NCBI GenBank assembly: GCA_030754595.1
Contig: JASLZZ010000077.1
Span: 44,577 to 108,576 of the forward strand
Source of the DNA: Nitrospinota bacterium
Lineage (GTDB): Bacteria; UBA8248
Reading direction: 5' to 3'
Length of the DNA stretch: 64,000 bases
In this document: piece by piece, positions 48,259 to 58,078 of the stretch
Layout: each line of letters begins with the position of its first letter
Numbering within the stretch: the stretch's first letter is position 1
The notes under the pieces: generated by a model
Seen by the model: only the letters and a program-made list of their open reading frames with translations
What the model was told of the DNA's origin: nothing
Databases searched by the model: none
Made by a program: the position numbers and the translations under genes

Positions 48259-50066
48259 AATCCGGCGCCGATGGACCCGTATATATCCTGGGAATCAGCG
48301 ACTCCCACCTGGCGACGGCCTGCCTTCTCAAGGACGGAGAAGTTGTGGGGTGTGTAAGCGAGGAGCGCTTCACGCGGGTGAAGAATCAGAGCGCCTACCC
48401 CGGGCGTTCCGTCGAGTTTCTTCTTGACCATGAAAAGATTCAGGGCGCCGACCTGTCCGCGGTAGCGCTGGCGGGCCACGAAGCGATGAATCCCGAGTGG
48501 TTTGAGCGGGTGACGCGGGACGATGGGTATATAGACGAATACCTGGGAATCAAGAAAAAAAGCCCGATCCGCCGCAAGGCCCGGCGCATGGGACAGAAGT
48601 TAAATATCTCGGGTGAGGCCGGGGGCAAGACGCTAACGCCCAACGAAGAGCGATTCCAGAAAATCGCCGATCATTTGGGAATCGCTAAAAATAACATTTA
48701 CATTATCGAGCACCATACTGCGCACGCGGCCGCGGCCTACTATGCCTCGCCGTTTGCCGGCGGCGACATGGAAACGACGGCGGTTCTGACCAATGACGCT
48801 TCGGGCGATGGTCTTTGCGCCACCTGGAACACCGCGGGCCCGAAAGGAATCGACAGAATAGCCGCTTCTCCGAGCGCGGCGGGATCGCTGGGTAGTTTTT
48901 ATAGCCTTATCACTCAGTATCTGGGGATGCGCCAGCTCGAGCATGAATACAAGGTAATGGGTCTTGCTCCCTATGCTCCGGATTATGGCAAGGAAAAATC
49001 ATATGCCATACTCAGGGAAATGATCGCATTCGAGCGCAAGAACAGGGAGGCGCCCGAGTTCAGGTGGAAGGTCCGCCGGGAACGCTTTCGCCATTTGATG
49101 GAGAATCTGGTTCGCCACCGCTTCGATTGGGTGGCCGGCGCCGCGCAGGATTTGTTCGAGGAACTGCTTCTCGAGTGGGTCCGGGCGGGAATCGAGGCCA
49201 CGAGCGGGGGTGGGGGCGAGCGCCGTGTGGCGCTGAGCGGCGGGGTATTCATGAACGTCAAGGCGAACCAGAAATTGTCGGTTCTCGACGAAATCGATAA
49301 AATTTTTGTCTTGCCGAGTTGTGGGGACGAATCAAACGCTATCGGCGCGGCCTACTGGTTTCATGCCGAAGGCGATGGAGGCGGGCGAAAGCGCTCTTGC
49401 GTCCCTTTGAAGGCGCTCTATCTGGGGCGGGGAACCTCCGAGGAGGGTGTCACCCGGGCCATTGAGGAGACGGGCGTGGGCGGGTCGTATTCCGTTCGCC
49501 GCTTCGATGATATCGAGGCCGAGGTGGCCCGGCTCCTTTCGATCGGAGAGGTGGTGGCCCGGGTGAAGGGCCGCGAGGAGTTCGGTGCGCGCGCTTTGGG
49601 CAACCGCTCGATTCTGGCCAACCCGAAGGATTTTCGCGTCGTCTCCCATATCAACAAAATGATCAAAAGCCGCGATTTCTGGATGCCATTCGCCCCCTCA
49701 ATCCTCGATCGGAGGGTGGGTGATTATGTGGAAAATCCCAAAGGGCTGTTCTCGCCCTACATGATGCTGACATTCGACAGCACACCGCTCGGGCGCGAGG
49801 AGCTCTCGGCGGCGTGTCATCCCTATGACGGTACGCTCCGGCCCCAAATGGTCGAAAACTCCTATAATCCCGACTATTACCGGCTGATTGAGGCTTTCGA
49901 GGGGCTAACCGGGATAGGAGGCGTTCTGAATACATCCTACAACCTCCACGGGGAGCCGATCATCTCAAGCCCCGAGGACGCGATCCACACCTTTGAAAAC
50001 TCGGGGATGGTGCATTTGGCCCTCGGTCAGCATCTGATCTCGAAAAAGCCAACAGCAAGCCGGTAG
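48255..50066 (+). CDS. NodU/CmcH/TobZ-family O-carbamoyltransferase
   Basis: ILGI..H, EERFTRVK, EHHTAHA, EYKVMGLAPY, SGGVFMNVKAN, GDES, EFGARALGNRSILA, IKSRDFWMPFAPS, NTSYNLHGEP. Confidence 0.93.
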   Translation: MKSGADGPVYILGISDSHLATACLLKDGEVVGCVSEERFTRVKNQSAYPGRSVEFLLDHEKIQGADLSAVALAGHEAMNPEWFERVTRDDGYIDEYLGIKKKSPIRRKARRMGQKLNISGEAGGKTLTPNEERFQKIADHLGIAKNNIYIIEHHTAHAAAAYYASPFAGGDMETTAVLTNDASGDGLCATWNTAGPKGIDRIAASPSAAGSLGSFYSLITQYLGMRQLEHEYKVMGLAPYAPDYGKEKSYAILREMIAFERKNREAPEFRWKVRRERFRHLMENLVRHRFDWVAGAAQDLFEELLLEWVRAGIEATSGGGGERRVALSGGVFMNVKANQKLSVLDEIDKIFVLPSCGDESNAIGAAYWFHAEGDGGGRKRSCVPLKALYLGRGTSEEGVTRAIEETGVGGSYSVRRFDDIEAEVARLLSIGEVVARVKGREEFGARALGNRSILANPKDFRVVSHINKMIKSRDFWMPFAPSILDRRVGDYVENPKGLFSPYMMLTFDSTPLGREELSAACHPYDGTLRPQMVENSYNPDYYRLIEAFEGLTGIGGVLNTSYNLHGEPIISSPEDAIHTFENSGMVHLALGQHLISKKPTASR

Positions 50067-50098
50067 GCCCGCTCTTGTCCAATGAAACCGGAGCGCCC

Positions 50099-51277
50099 AT
50101 GAAAATCGCTCTCATTCGGTCGGCGGTTCACCGCAATGGCGGAGTGGAGCGCTATGTCTGGATGTTGGCGCGAGAGTTGGCCCGGAGAGGCCACGATGTT
50201 CACATCATCGCCCGCCGCTGCCCGGAGCTTCCCCACCCTTCGGTGACTTTCCATCAGGTCAATGTGCGGGGGCCACTATCGTTCCTGAAAGTTCTCTCCT
50301 TCGCGTCGATGGCTTCCGTGGCGGTGGAGGTCGGGGGCTTCGACGTGGTGCATTCCTGCGACCGGATACTCTCCTGCGACATTTACCGCGCGGGTGAGGG
50401 GGTCCACCGGGAGTGGCTCGAGGTTTCATCCCGGTATATGGCGAGTTGGAGATCGGTCCTGAAGCGTCTCGATCCGCTGCACAGGGTTCTCCTGCGGTTG
50501 GAGACCCGGCTCATGGGGGGCGACGGGGCCCGAAGGGTAACGGCAATCAGCCGAAGGGGGTCCGAGGAGATTCGGCGCCACTTCGGTTTGGAGGACGTGC
50601 CCGTAATCTATAATGGCGTGGATCTCGATGAGTTTCGCCCGGCTAGCGGAGACGAGCGGGAAACTGTTCGCGACGAACTCGGTGTGCCGCGAGGCGCTTT
50701 CGCCATTCTTTATGTCGGTAGCGGTTTTTTCAGAAAAGGTCTCAGATACTTGATCGAAGCGTTCGCCCGGTTGGAAAATCGCGCCGGAAGGGCGCCATGG
50801 CTCATCGTGGCCGGACGAGGAAACACTCGGCTTTATATGCGGATGGCCCGCTCCCTCGGCGTATCGGATAGGGTGCGTTTTTGCGGAGTCGATGTTCCTC
50901 CGCAGCGGCTTTACCGGGGGGCGGATGTATTTGTCTTTCCGACGCTCTACGAGCCGTTCGGCAATGTGTGCCTTGAGGCGCTGGCGAGCGGTCTTCCCTG
51001 CGTTTTCTCCCCTTACAGCGGCGGGGCGGAGATTGTGGAGGACGGGGAGAGCGGTCTTGTGATGAAGAGTCCGGCCGACACGGGTGAGGCGGCCCGCCTC
51101 ATCCGAATTTGCATGGACGAGGCGAGGGCGGCCCGGATGGGCGCCGCCGCCCGCGAGGTTGCCGCCAGGTTCACTGTCGAGGCCAATGCCGACCAGACCG
51201 AGACCCTTTACCGGGAAGTGGCCGCCGAAAAGAGCCGGGAGGAAAGTGGCGCCTCCTCGGAAGCCGCCGCGCCGTGA
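50099..51277 (+). CDS. GT4 glycosyltransferase (WaaG/RfaG-like)
   Basis: GGVERY, DIYRAGEGVH, YNGVD, VGSGFFRKGL, PTLYEPFGNVCLEA. Confidence 0.88.
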   Translation: MKIALIRSAVHRNGGVERYVWMLARELARRGHDVHIIARRCPELPHPSVTFHQVNVRGPLSFLKVLSFASMASVAVEVGGFDVVHSCDRILSCDIYRAGEGVHREWLEVSSRYMASWRSVLKRLDPLHRVLLRLETRLMGGDGARRVTAISRRGSEEIRRHFGLEDVPVIYNGVDLDEFRPASGDERETVRDELGVPRGAFAILYVGSGFFRKGLRYLIEAFARLENRAGRAPWLIVAGRGNTRLYMRMARSLGVSDRVRFCGVDVPPQRLYRGADVFVFPTLYEPFGNVCLEALASGLPCVFSPYSGGAEIVEDGESGLVMKSPADTGEAARLIRICMDEARAARMGAAAREVAARFTVEANADQTETLYREVAAEKSREESGASSEAAAP

Positions 51278-52395
51278 ACCTGCTCGTATGCGCTTCGGCA
51301 TATCCGCCCTCGGTGGGCGGTGTGCAGACTCTTTCCGTGCGTCTTGCGGGCGCTCTGGCCGAGAGAGGGAACCTGGTGCGGGTGCTGGCCAGGGGGCGTG
51401 AGGGCGAGCCTGTATATGAAAACGAGCGGATTCCCGCCGAAGTTCACCGGGTGGGCTGGAAGCCGCTTCTATGGCCTAAATTCATGGGCGAGGTTTTCGG
51501 GAGCCGCCCGGAGGCGATCCTGTTGACCCACCGGGCCGATTTTCTGAGGCCCGCTCTGGCGGCGCAAAAACTGGGGACGCCCTTCGCGGTCATCGTTCAT
51601 GGGAACGAGGTGTATGGGTCTCGCCGCCGGGGAGAGTTGATTGAGGCGCTATCGCGGGCGGACGCTGTCATAGCGGTAAGTCAGTATGCTCTGGGGCGGT
51701 TGAAAGAACTCGGGCTCCGGGCGAAAAAAATGGAGGCGATAACGAACGGAGTGTCTCCGGATATTTTTGGCCCGCCCGAAGATGGCGAGATTGTTCGCCG
51801 CCGTTTCGGACTGGAGGAAAAGAAGATTATCCTCTCGGTGGGCCGGCTTCAGGCGGTCAAGGGTTTCGACACTGTGATAGGGGCGCTTCCCCGAATCGTC
51901 GATAAAGTGCCCGAGGCCGTTTGCCTGATCGTTGGCGGGGGTCCCGAAGCGGTTCCGTTGTGGGCGCTGGCCCGGGAGTTGAATATGGAGGAAAGGGTGA
52001 TATTTGCCGGAGAGGTGCCCATCGGCGGGTTGGGTCGCGGGGACCACGCTTACTATCAGGCCTGCGATGTATTCGCGATGCCTTCGCGCGAAGATCCCGC
52101 CACCGGCCAAGCCGAGGCTTTCGGGATCGCTCATATAGAAGCGGGCGCTTGCGGGAAGCCTGTTGTGGGAGGAAAGAGCGGCGGCTCCGCCGAGGCGGTG
52201 GCCGATGGAAAGTCGGGGATGCTGGTGAATCCGGAGCGGCCAGATGAGGTGGCCGACTCGATCATACGCATCCTGACCACGCCCGCACTGGCGCTATCGA
52301 TGGGCGAGGAGGGCCGGCGGCGCGCCGACGAGAGGCGATGGAGTGTCGTGGCCGGAGAGTATGAGGCTGTCCTGCGTGAGGTGGCTTATGGCTAG
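51274..52395 (+). CDS. GT4 glycosyltransferase (PimB-like)
   Basis: YPPSVGGVQ, VHGNE, VGRL..KGFD, EAFGIAHIEA, GGSAEAV. Confidence 0.88.
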   Translation: MNLLVCASAYPPSVGGVQTLSVRLAGALAERGNLVRVLARGREGEPVYENERIPAEVHRVGWKPLLWPKFMGEVFGSRPEAILLTHRADFLRPALAAQKLGTPFAVIVHGNEVYGSRRRGELIEALSRADAVIAVSQYALGRLKELGLRAKKMEAITNGVSPDIFGPPEDGEIVRRRFGLEEKKIILSVGRLQAVKGFDTVIGALPRIVDKVPEAVCLIVGGGPEAVPLWALARELNMEERVIFAGEVPIGGLGRGDHAYYQACDVFAMPSREDPATGQAEAFGIAHIEAGACGKPVVGGKSGGSAEAVADGKSGMLVNPERPDEVADSIIRILTTPALALSMGEEGRRRADERRWSVVAGEYEAVLREVAYG

Positions 52396-52921
52396 AATTC
52401 TCGATGTGGGCTGCGGCTGGAAAAAAGTTGAAAGCGCCGTGAGCGTGGATATCCGGCTCCAGACGAAGCCGAAAGTATGCTGCGATATGGACGTGGACGG
52501 GAAAGCGCTCCGGTTCCCGTTCCGCGACAATTCGTTCGATGAGGTGTATATCCTCCAGACAATCGATCATTTCAAAAACATCGTTCCGGTAATGGAAGAG
52601 GTCCACAGAGTCTCCAGGCCGGGCGCGAAGGTGATTATCACGGTCGCGCACGTTTCGAGTGTTTATTCATGGAGCGATCCGGTTCACCATCTACATTTAA
52701 CGAGCCGTTCCTTTCAGTGCTTCACTGATCACCCCACCAAGGGAGCCACTTATACGGATGTTCTTTTCCGCCCAAAAGAGTTTCACTTCATTTTCAGCCG
52801 TTCGGTAATCTCTCTCATCCCGCGGGCGCTTTGTATGTTCTCGCCCAGGATTTACGAAAAGCATTTCTCCTGGATTTTCCCGGCCAACGACATGCATTTC
52901 GAATTCGAGGTTTTGAAGTGA
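52388..52921 (+). CDS. Class I SAM-dependent methyltransferase
   Basis: ILDVGCG, FPFRDNSFDEV, EVHRVSRPG, DPVH. Confidence 0.85.
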   Translation: MARILDVGCGWKKVESAVSVDIRLQTKPKVCCDMDVDGKALRFPFRDNSFDEVYILQTIDHFKNIVPVMEEVHRVSRPGAKVIITVAHVSSVYSWSDPVHHLHLTSRSFQCFTDHPTKGATYTDVLFRPKEFHFIFSRSVISLIPRALCMFSPRIYEKHFSWIFPANDMHFEFEVLK

Positions 52922-54141
52922 CCGCGGGCCTCGCCCTTAGGGAGTTTGCCGAGGGGATCAAGGGGCGGCCGCCCTTGAGCCGCCTGTCGATGGTTTGCTT
53001 GATCGGATACTTGTTCTCGGCTCCTTTCTCCATATCGATTTCACAAATTTTTGTGTTCACAGGCATCGCCTCCTGGCTCGTATCCCTGAGATTGGAAGGC
53101 GGGCCGTCCGGATTTCAGCTCCCGCTGTGGCGCCCCATCGCCCTCTTGGTTGCCCTGACGCTGATAAGCGCCGCCTTTTCGGACGATCCGGGCCGCAGTC
53201 TGAAGGATGCGAAACAGCTTTTTCAGGTACTCATCTTTTATTTCGCGCTGAACACGGTTTTGAGCGAGAGGGAGGCGCTGTGGCTGGTAAAAGCCCTTCT
53301 CTCGGCGGCGGCGGTAGCCTCTGTGTTCACCCTGGGTGTCGCTTTTATGCAGCCCGTGGGATTGGCGAACCGGATGTCGGGTTTTTTCAGTATTTACATG
53401 ACGTTGGGAGGATATCTTGTCATTGCGGGCGCCATGGCTGTCTCGTACTTCATCACTTCCGAGGGGAGCGTGAGCAAGGGATTGGCCGGGGCCGCAAGCA
53501 TCGTGATCATTGCCGCTCTGATGTCCACTTTTAGCCGGAATGCTTGGATTGGCTTTGGCGCCGCGGCATTGTGCGCCGCTCTCGTAGCGCGAAGTATTAA
53601 AGGCATCGTTCTGATAGCCTCTCTCGCGGCACTCGTCCTCATTTTTTCTCCGGCTTCGATCCGCGACCGGCTCTTTAGCATCGGGGATATGAAGGATCCT
53701 TCAACCCGGGAGCGCGTGTTTATGTGGAAAAGCGGGATGGAGATGGTCAGGGACCGGCCGCTCCTCGGGACCGGTCTTGACATGATCAAACGAACCTACT
53801 CCCGGTACGCCAATCCGGAGGCGATGAAGAAACGCACGGGGCATTTGCACAACAACCCGCTGCATATCGCGGCCGAACGCGGGATACCGGGATTTGTGGC
53901 CTGGATGTGGTTCATGGGTGCGTTTTTCGTCGCCGGGGTAAGGCGCTTGAAAGGGTATGGAGAAGCGGGGTTCGAGAGGCGTTACTTGAGTGTCGCGGGG
54001 CTCTCGGCTATTACCGGATTTTTCATCGCTGGACTATTTGAATATAACTACGGCGATTCGGAGGTGGTCATGCTCGCCTATTTCGTCATGTCGCTTCCAT
54101 TCATGGGAGCGCGGGAGACTGAATCTACTGAAGGCGGATGA
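52918..54141 (+). CDS. waaL: O-antigen ligase family protein
   Basis: Many TMs, RMSGFF, TFSRNAWIG, RVFMWK, PLLGTG, HLHNNPL..AERG. Confidence 0.85.
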   Translation: MTAGLALREFAEGIKGRPPLSRLSMVCLIGYLFSAPFSISISQIFVFTGIASWLVSLRLEGGPSGFQLPLWRPIALLVALTLISAAFSDDPGRSLKDAKQLFQVLIFYFALNTVLSEREALWLVKALLSAAAVASVFTLGVAFMQPVGLANRMSGFFSIYMTLGGYLVIAGAMAVSYFITSEGSVSKGLAGAASIVIIAALMSTFSRNAWIGFGAAALCAALVARSIKGIVLIASLAALVLIFSPASIRDRLFSIGDMKDPSTRERVFMWKSGMEMVRDRPLLGTGLDMIKRTYSRYANPEAMKKRTGHLHNNPLHIAAERGIPGFVAWMWFMGAFFVAGVRRLKGYGEAGFERRYLSVAGLSAITGFFIAGLFEYNYGDSEVVMLAYFVMSLPFMGARETESTEGG

Positions 54142-55300
54142 TCGTTTGCAGGAAGCTAAGGCGATCGACCGATTCCCCGGCGGCGAGTAAAACCTCACCT
54201 ACTTTTTTTCCGTGAAGTTCGTAAACAAGACGGCCCACTTGTTGTCCTGCCTGGACGGGAGCGGCAACCGAGGCGGGGATCTCTTTCCGGACCGAAATAT
54301 TTTTTTCCTGTCCCCGCCGGAAGAGCCTACGAAATTTACTTTTAGACCTCAGATGTATAATGGTCTTCTGACCGCGTTTGACTTTCACCGTATAGCTGGT
54401 TTTTTTCTCGGATTTTTGTCCGTCATACCAACGAAAGTTCGCGAATCCCCATGCGAGCAGGCGTTTTGCCTCGGAAAATCTACGGCGGGGGTGACCCGAG
54501 CTGAGGATGATCGCTATCAGACGGAGATCTTTTTGTTTGGCGGTGGCGACGATGCTGTAGCCTGCTTTCCGGTAAGAGCCGGTTTTGAGGCCATCGAGGC
54601 CGCGAAACCGGCCCACGAGACGGTTGGTATTTGTAAGGATGAACTTTCCGTTCCGAAACGGAGCCCGTTTGGTCTTTCCCCACTGCGTGACGATAGGGAA
54701 TTTCAAAAGCGCTCTCGCCAGTTTAGCTATGTCACGGGCGCTTGTTTTGTTGGGTGGTTTTCTTCGTCCGGGCGGGAGGCCGTGGACATTGACAAAATTT
54801 GTATCGGTCATCCCAAGCTGCCGGGCGCGTTCATTCATGATTTGGGTGAATATTCCCGCATCGCCGGCAACATGTTCGGCTACGGCGTATGCGGCGTCGT
54901 TCGCGGAGCTGATGGCCACGGCTTTGAGAAGGTCATTGAGCGAAAATTTCTCCCCCTGTTTCAAATAGACCTGCTGGCCTCCTATCCGGGAAGCTTTTTT
55001 CGTTACCGTAATGGTGTCCCTCAGGCTGATGGATTTTTCCTTTACCCTTTCGAGGGTGATGAGGGTGGTCATCATCTTGACGAGGGAGGCGGGGATAACC
55101 CGCTCGCGCTGGCGAAAAGCCTTGAGAACCTGACCGGTATCCGCCTCGATCAGCAAAGCCGAGCGGTAGGGCCTTGATTTTTTAGCGCTCTTCGCCTCGC
55201 TCCATTGAGCAGTGGACAGGGTTATGAAGGAGGCTGAAATGAGGAGAATCACCAGGAAGCGGGAATTTAGCGCGAAACGGCAGAGGGATATCTTCATCAA
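54125..55300 (-). CDS. dacA: D-alanyl-D-alanine carboxypeptidase (peptidase S11, PBP5-like)
   Basis: Signal peptide, PASLVK (SxxK), SANDA (SxN), HGL, DGLKTG, PBP5 C-terminal domain. Confidence 0.9.
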   Translation of the reverse strand: MMKISLCRFALNSRFLVILLISASFITLSTAQWSEAKSAKKSRPYRSALLIEADTGQVLKAFRQRERVIPASLVKMMTTLITLERVKEKSISLRDTITVTKKASRIGGQQVYLKQGEKFSLNDLLKAVAISSANDAAYAVAEHVAGDAGIFTQIMNERARQLGMTDTNFVNVHGLPPGRRKPPNKTSARDIAKLARALLKFPIVTQWGKTKRAPFRNGKFILTNTNRLVGRFRGLDGLKTGSYRKAGYSIVATAKQKDLRLIAIILSSGHPRRRFSEAKRLLAWGFANFRWYDGQKSEKKTSYTVKVKRGQKTIIHLRSKSKFRRLFRRGQEKNISVRKEIPASVAAPVQAGQQVGRLVYELHGKKVGEVLLAAGESVDRLSFLQTIIRLQ

Positions 55301-55684
55301 TTGACCCCAAGAAGAATTTTTCGGGCGAAAGCAATATTTGATGCAAATTCTTGGAGCGAAGGGTTATCTAGTTAATTTACATGGGTATTTTAATGCTTTT
55401 TAGGGGACGGGTCAAGGAGAATATTATTTTGGGGCGCCCATTTGGGCCAGGAATGAAATTGAGGGGCAATGGGGAGGCCACAATCTCTGAAATCCCGCTG
55501 GGTGGCAGGAAAAATTGGTGAAAATATACGCTAGCGCGTGGGGGGTGTGTTTGCTAGGATTTGCCGAATGATATGGAAATCAAGAGGTTTATTCGGCGCC
55601 GGGATATCTTGCGGGTACTCCGAGTCAGTGGGAGGGGTTGGACCGCGCCGAAGGGGGAATTTATGTATCTGAGGAGGAACGGTG

Positions 55685-56575
55685 ATGTTTGAAGGCTCTA
55701 ATGTGGCAATAGTCACCCCCTTCCGGGATGGGAAGGTGGATGAGGACGGGATCCGCGCACTCGTCGATTTTCATTTGGAAAACGGCACTCACGGGATTGT
55801 TGCCTGCGGGACGACGGGGGAGGCCGTCACTCTCAGCCACGAAGAGCAGGATGCCGTAATCGATCTTATCATCAAACGAGTGGACGGCCGGATTCCGGTG
55901 ATTGCGGGTTCCGGCTCGAACAGTACGGCCGAGGCGGTCCGGCGGACGCAGTTTGCCAAATCGGCGGGCGCGAACGGCGCTCTCGTTGTTGTTCCCTATT
56001 ACAATAAACCGACCCAGGAAGGGCTTTACCAGCATTTCAAGGCGGTGGCGGAGTCGGCCGATATTCCGATCGTGGTCTACAATGTCCCCGGCCGGACAGT
56101 AATCAATATTGCCCCCGAGACGATCGCTCGCTTGGCTGAAATTCCGAATATCGCCGCGATCAAAGAGGCAAGCGGTGATCTCAAGATGATTTGCAGCGTC
56201 ATCGATCAATGTCCGGATGACTTCACCGTCCTCTCGGGAGATGATTTCGTGAATTTGCCTCTCATGATGATGGGAGGGAAGGGGACTATTTCGGTTACGG
56301 CCAATGTCGCCCCCGCGGATGTCTCCGAAATGTGCCAGGCCCAACTGGACGGCGACACCGGCCGTGCTTTGGAGTTGCACTATAAAATGTGGGAGTTGAA
56401 CAAGATGATGTTCATCGAGTCGAATCCCATCCCGGCGAAGGCGACTCTTCACTTCATGGGGAAATGCAATCTCGAGTTCCGTTTGCCCATGTGCCCGCCA
56501 TCGGCGGAGAACCTCAAAAAACTTGAGGCCTTCGCAAAATCCTACGGCCTTGTAGGCGAGGCCGTAATGGCCTGA
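55685..56575 (+). CDS. dapA: 4-hydroxy-tetrahydrodipicolinate synthase
   Basis: AIVTPF, GTTGE, PYYNKP, YNVPGRT, IKEASG, SGDD, NPIP. GAGGAGG RBS. Confidence 0.97.
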   Translation: MFEGSNVAIVTPFRDGKVDEDGIRALVDFHLENGTHGIVACGTTGEAVTLSHEEQDAVIDLIIKRVDGRIPVIAGSGSNSTAEAVRRTQFAKSAGANGALVVVPYYNKPTQEGLYQHFKAVAESADIPIVVYNVPGRTVINIAPETIARLAEIPNIAAIKEASGDLKMICSVIDQCPDDFTVLSGDDFVNLPLMMMGGKGTISVTANVAPADVSEMCQAQLDGDTGRALELHYKMWELNKMMFIESNPIPAKATLHFMGKCNLEFRLPMCPPSAENLKKLEAFAKSYGLVGEAVMA

Positions 56576-56602
56576 TTCCGGCGGTTCGGACCTGAAAACA
56601 AT

Positions 56603-56640
56603 AGCGGCGGCCAGGAGATTTCCTGACCGCCGCTTTTTTT
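56603..56640 (+). terminator. Intrinsic terminator after dapA
   Basis: AGCGGCGGCCAGGA-GATT-TCCTGACCGCCGCT followed by a T run. Confidence 0.85.
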
Positions 56641-56699
56641 CAGTGAAGCCCGGAACTCCGGCCGGCCGGGAAAGGAAACAGGCCCGGCTGGGAGGCGGC

Positions 56700-57374
56700 T
56701 TAGTCTTTCTTGATTAAAATATTGTTGTAGAGAACAGCGGCGATCACGGCTCCTATTATCGGGCCTATCCAGTAAACGAGATGGCTGTCGAATCCACCTC
56801 CGGCGAGGGCGGGACCGAAAGTGCGGGCAGGATTCATCGAGGCGCCGGTAAGAGGTCCGCCCATGAGAATGTCGGCCGTAAGGGTCAGACCGATTCCGAA
56901 CCCGCCGATATCAGGCTTGCGGTCGTCCACCGCGGTGCCCCAAATCGCGGTAACAAGGAAAAATGTGAGAACGATTTCGACCAGTATTCCCGTTCCGACG
57001 CTCACGCCTTCGCCCAGCATGGGGGTGCCAAGGTGAACTTTTTGCCATACCTCAGGCGCATAAATGGCCCTCAGCAGGAGGCCGGCGACTGTGCCTCCAA
57101 CGAGCTGGCTGACAATGTAGGAAATGCCTTCTCCGACCTCTTGTTTTTTTGTTACGAGAAAACCGATGGTCACCGCCGGGTTGAAGTGCCCGCCCGATAC
57201 GCCGCCGAGGGCGGAAATCATGATGGAGAGAATCACCCCGTGCGCGAGGGCGATGCCAATGAGCCCCACCCCCCCGCCTATTTTCGCGTCCAAAATGATA
57301 GAACCTGCACCGATAAAACAGAGTCCGAAGGTGCCGATCGCCTCGGCGACGCAAGCTCTTCCGGTCTGACTCAT
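56700..57374 (-). CDS. Aquaporin / MIP channel
   Basis: AEAIGTF, SGGHFNPAVT, TGASMNPARTFGPA, VYWIGP: two NPA boxes. Confidence 0.95.
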   Translation of the reverse strand: MSQTGRACVAEAIGTFGLCFIGAGSIILDAKIGGGVGLIGIALAHGVILSIMISALGGVSGGHFNPAVTIGFLVTKKQEVGEGISYIVSQLVGGTVAGLLLRAIYAPEVWQKVHLGTPMLGEGVSVGTGILVEIVLTFFLVTAIWGTAVDDRKPDIGGFGIGLTLTADILMGGPLTGASMNPARTFGPALAGGGFDSHLVYWIGPIIGAVIAAVLYNNILIKKD

Positions 57375-57402
57375 GATGTGGTCTCCTCTTTGATAAAATC
57401 AT

Positions 57403-57428
57403 GGGTTCGAAAAAAGTTTTTCGAACCC
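57403..57428. promoter_or_regulatory. Perfect 12-bp inverted repeat upstream of the aquaporin gene (operator-like)
   Basis: GGGTTCGAAAAA-AG-TTTTTCGAACCC, about 30 bp before the start codon. Confidence 0.45.
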
Positions 57429-57710
57429 GGATTTAAGGTGAATAGGGCGAGCTTTTCCGCTGAAAAGCGGAAATCAAATTGCTACAGAGAAAATTTCATA
57501 CGACACGGAGGGGCGGGAGCGGATTAAAGTTCCGAGCGTACACGGCCATAATTTACTATTCTTTAGGGTGTCCGACAAGATGAAATGTTGGGTGGCGGGC
57601 GTACCCCCTTAACTTTGAGGAAAGTTTCATTTTCATGCGGGAGAGAGAATGCTCTCAGCCGATAAAAGCGTATTAAATTCATCTAACGGATTTGTTGAGG
57701 AGAAGGATCA

Positions 57711-57908
57711 ATGGAGCAACCGCTGGATCCGAGAAAAGACATTCCCGCCATGGGCCGGGCTCTCGAAGCGTATCTCACCGATTATGATTTGGCCGAGCGC
57801 CACGGCGTCGCGGGGCGCGAGGATGTACTCGGGAGATTTCTCCCCGATCACCATCTGAATCGGCTCATGGAGGTTTTTGAGGGAGTCAGGTCAAATTCCG
57901 TCGCGTGA
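57711..57908 (+). pseudogene. Probable C-terminal remnant of a GT4 glycosyltransferase
   Basis: DIPAMGRALEAYLTD.DLAERHGVAGREDV..RF..DHHLNRLMEVFE resembles the terminal helices of GT-B/GT4 enzymes; the rest of the enzyme is missing. Confidence 0.5.
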
Positions 57909-57937
57909 AAGCCGCTCAATAATGGACTGGCGGCGCC

Positions 57938-57967
57938 TTGACGCATCGCCGGGGTGAATTTTATAAG
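57938..57967 (+). promoter_or_regulatory. Putative sigma70 promoter for galE
   Basis: TTGACG-N18-TATAAG. Confidence 0.5.
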
Positions 57968-58078
57968 GGCGTTGGTGGGAATTCGGAAAAATTGATATCG
58001 GGCCGTTATTGATAACGGTTTTGGAGAACTTTTTGTCTCGGTTTGTTAATGGGCGTGTGAGAGCCGGAGAAGGATAAA

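Noticed and set aside
55301..55684. Lysine riboswitch upstream of dapA
   Set aside because: AGAGG and GCCGAA fragments occur, but not in the order or with the stems of the L-box, and there is no terminator before the RBS. An Rfam scan would settle it.
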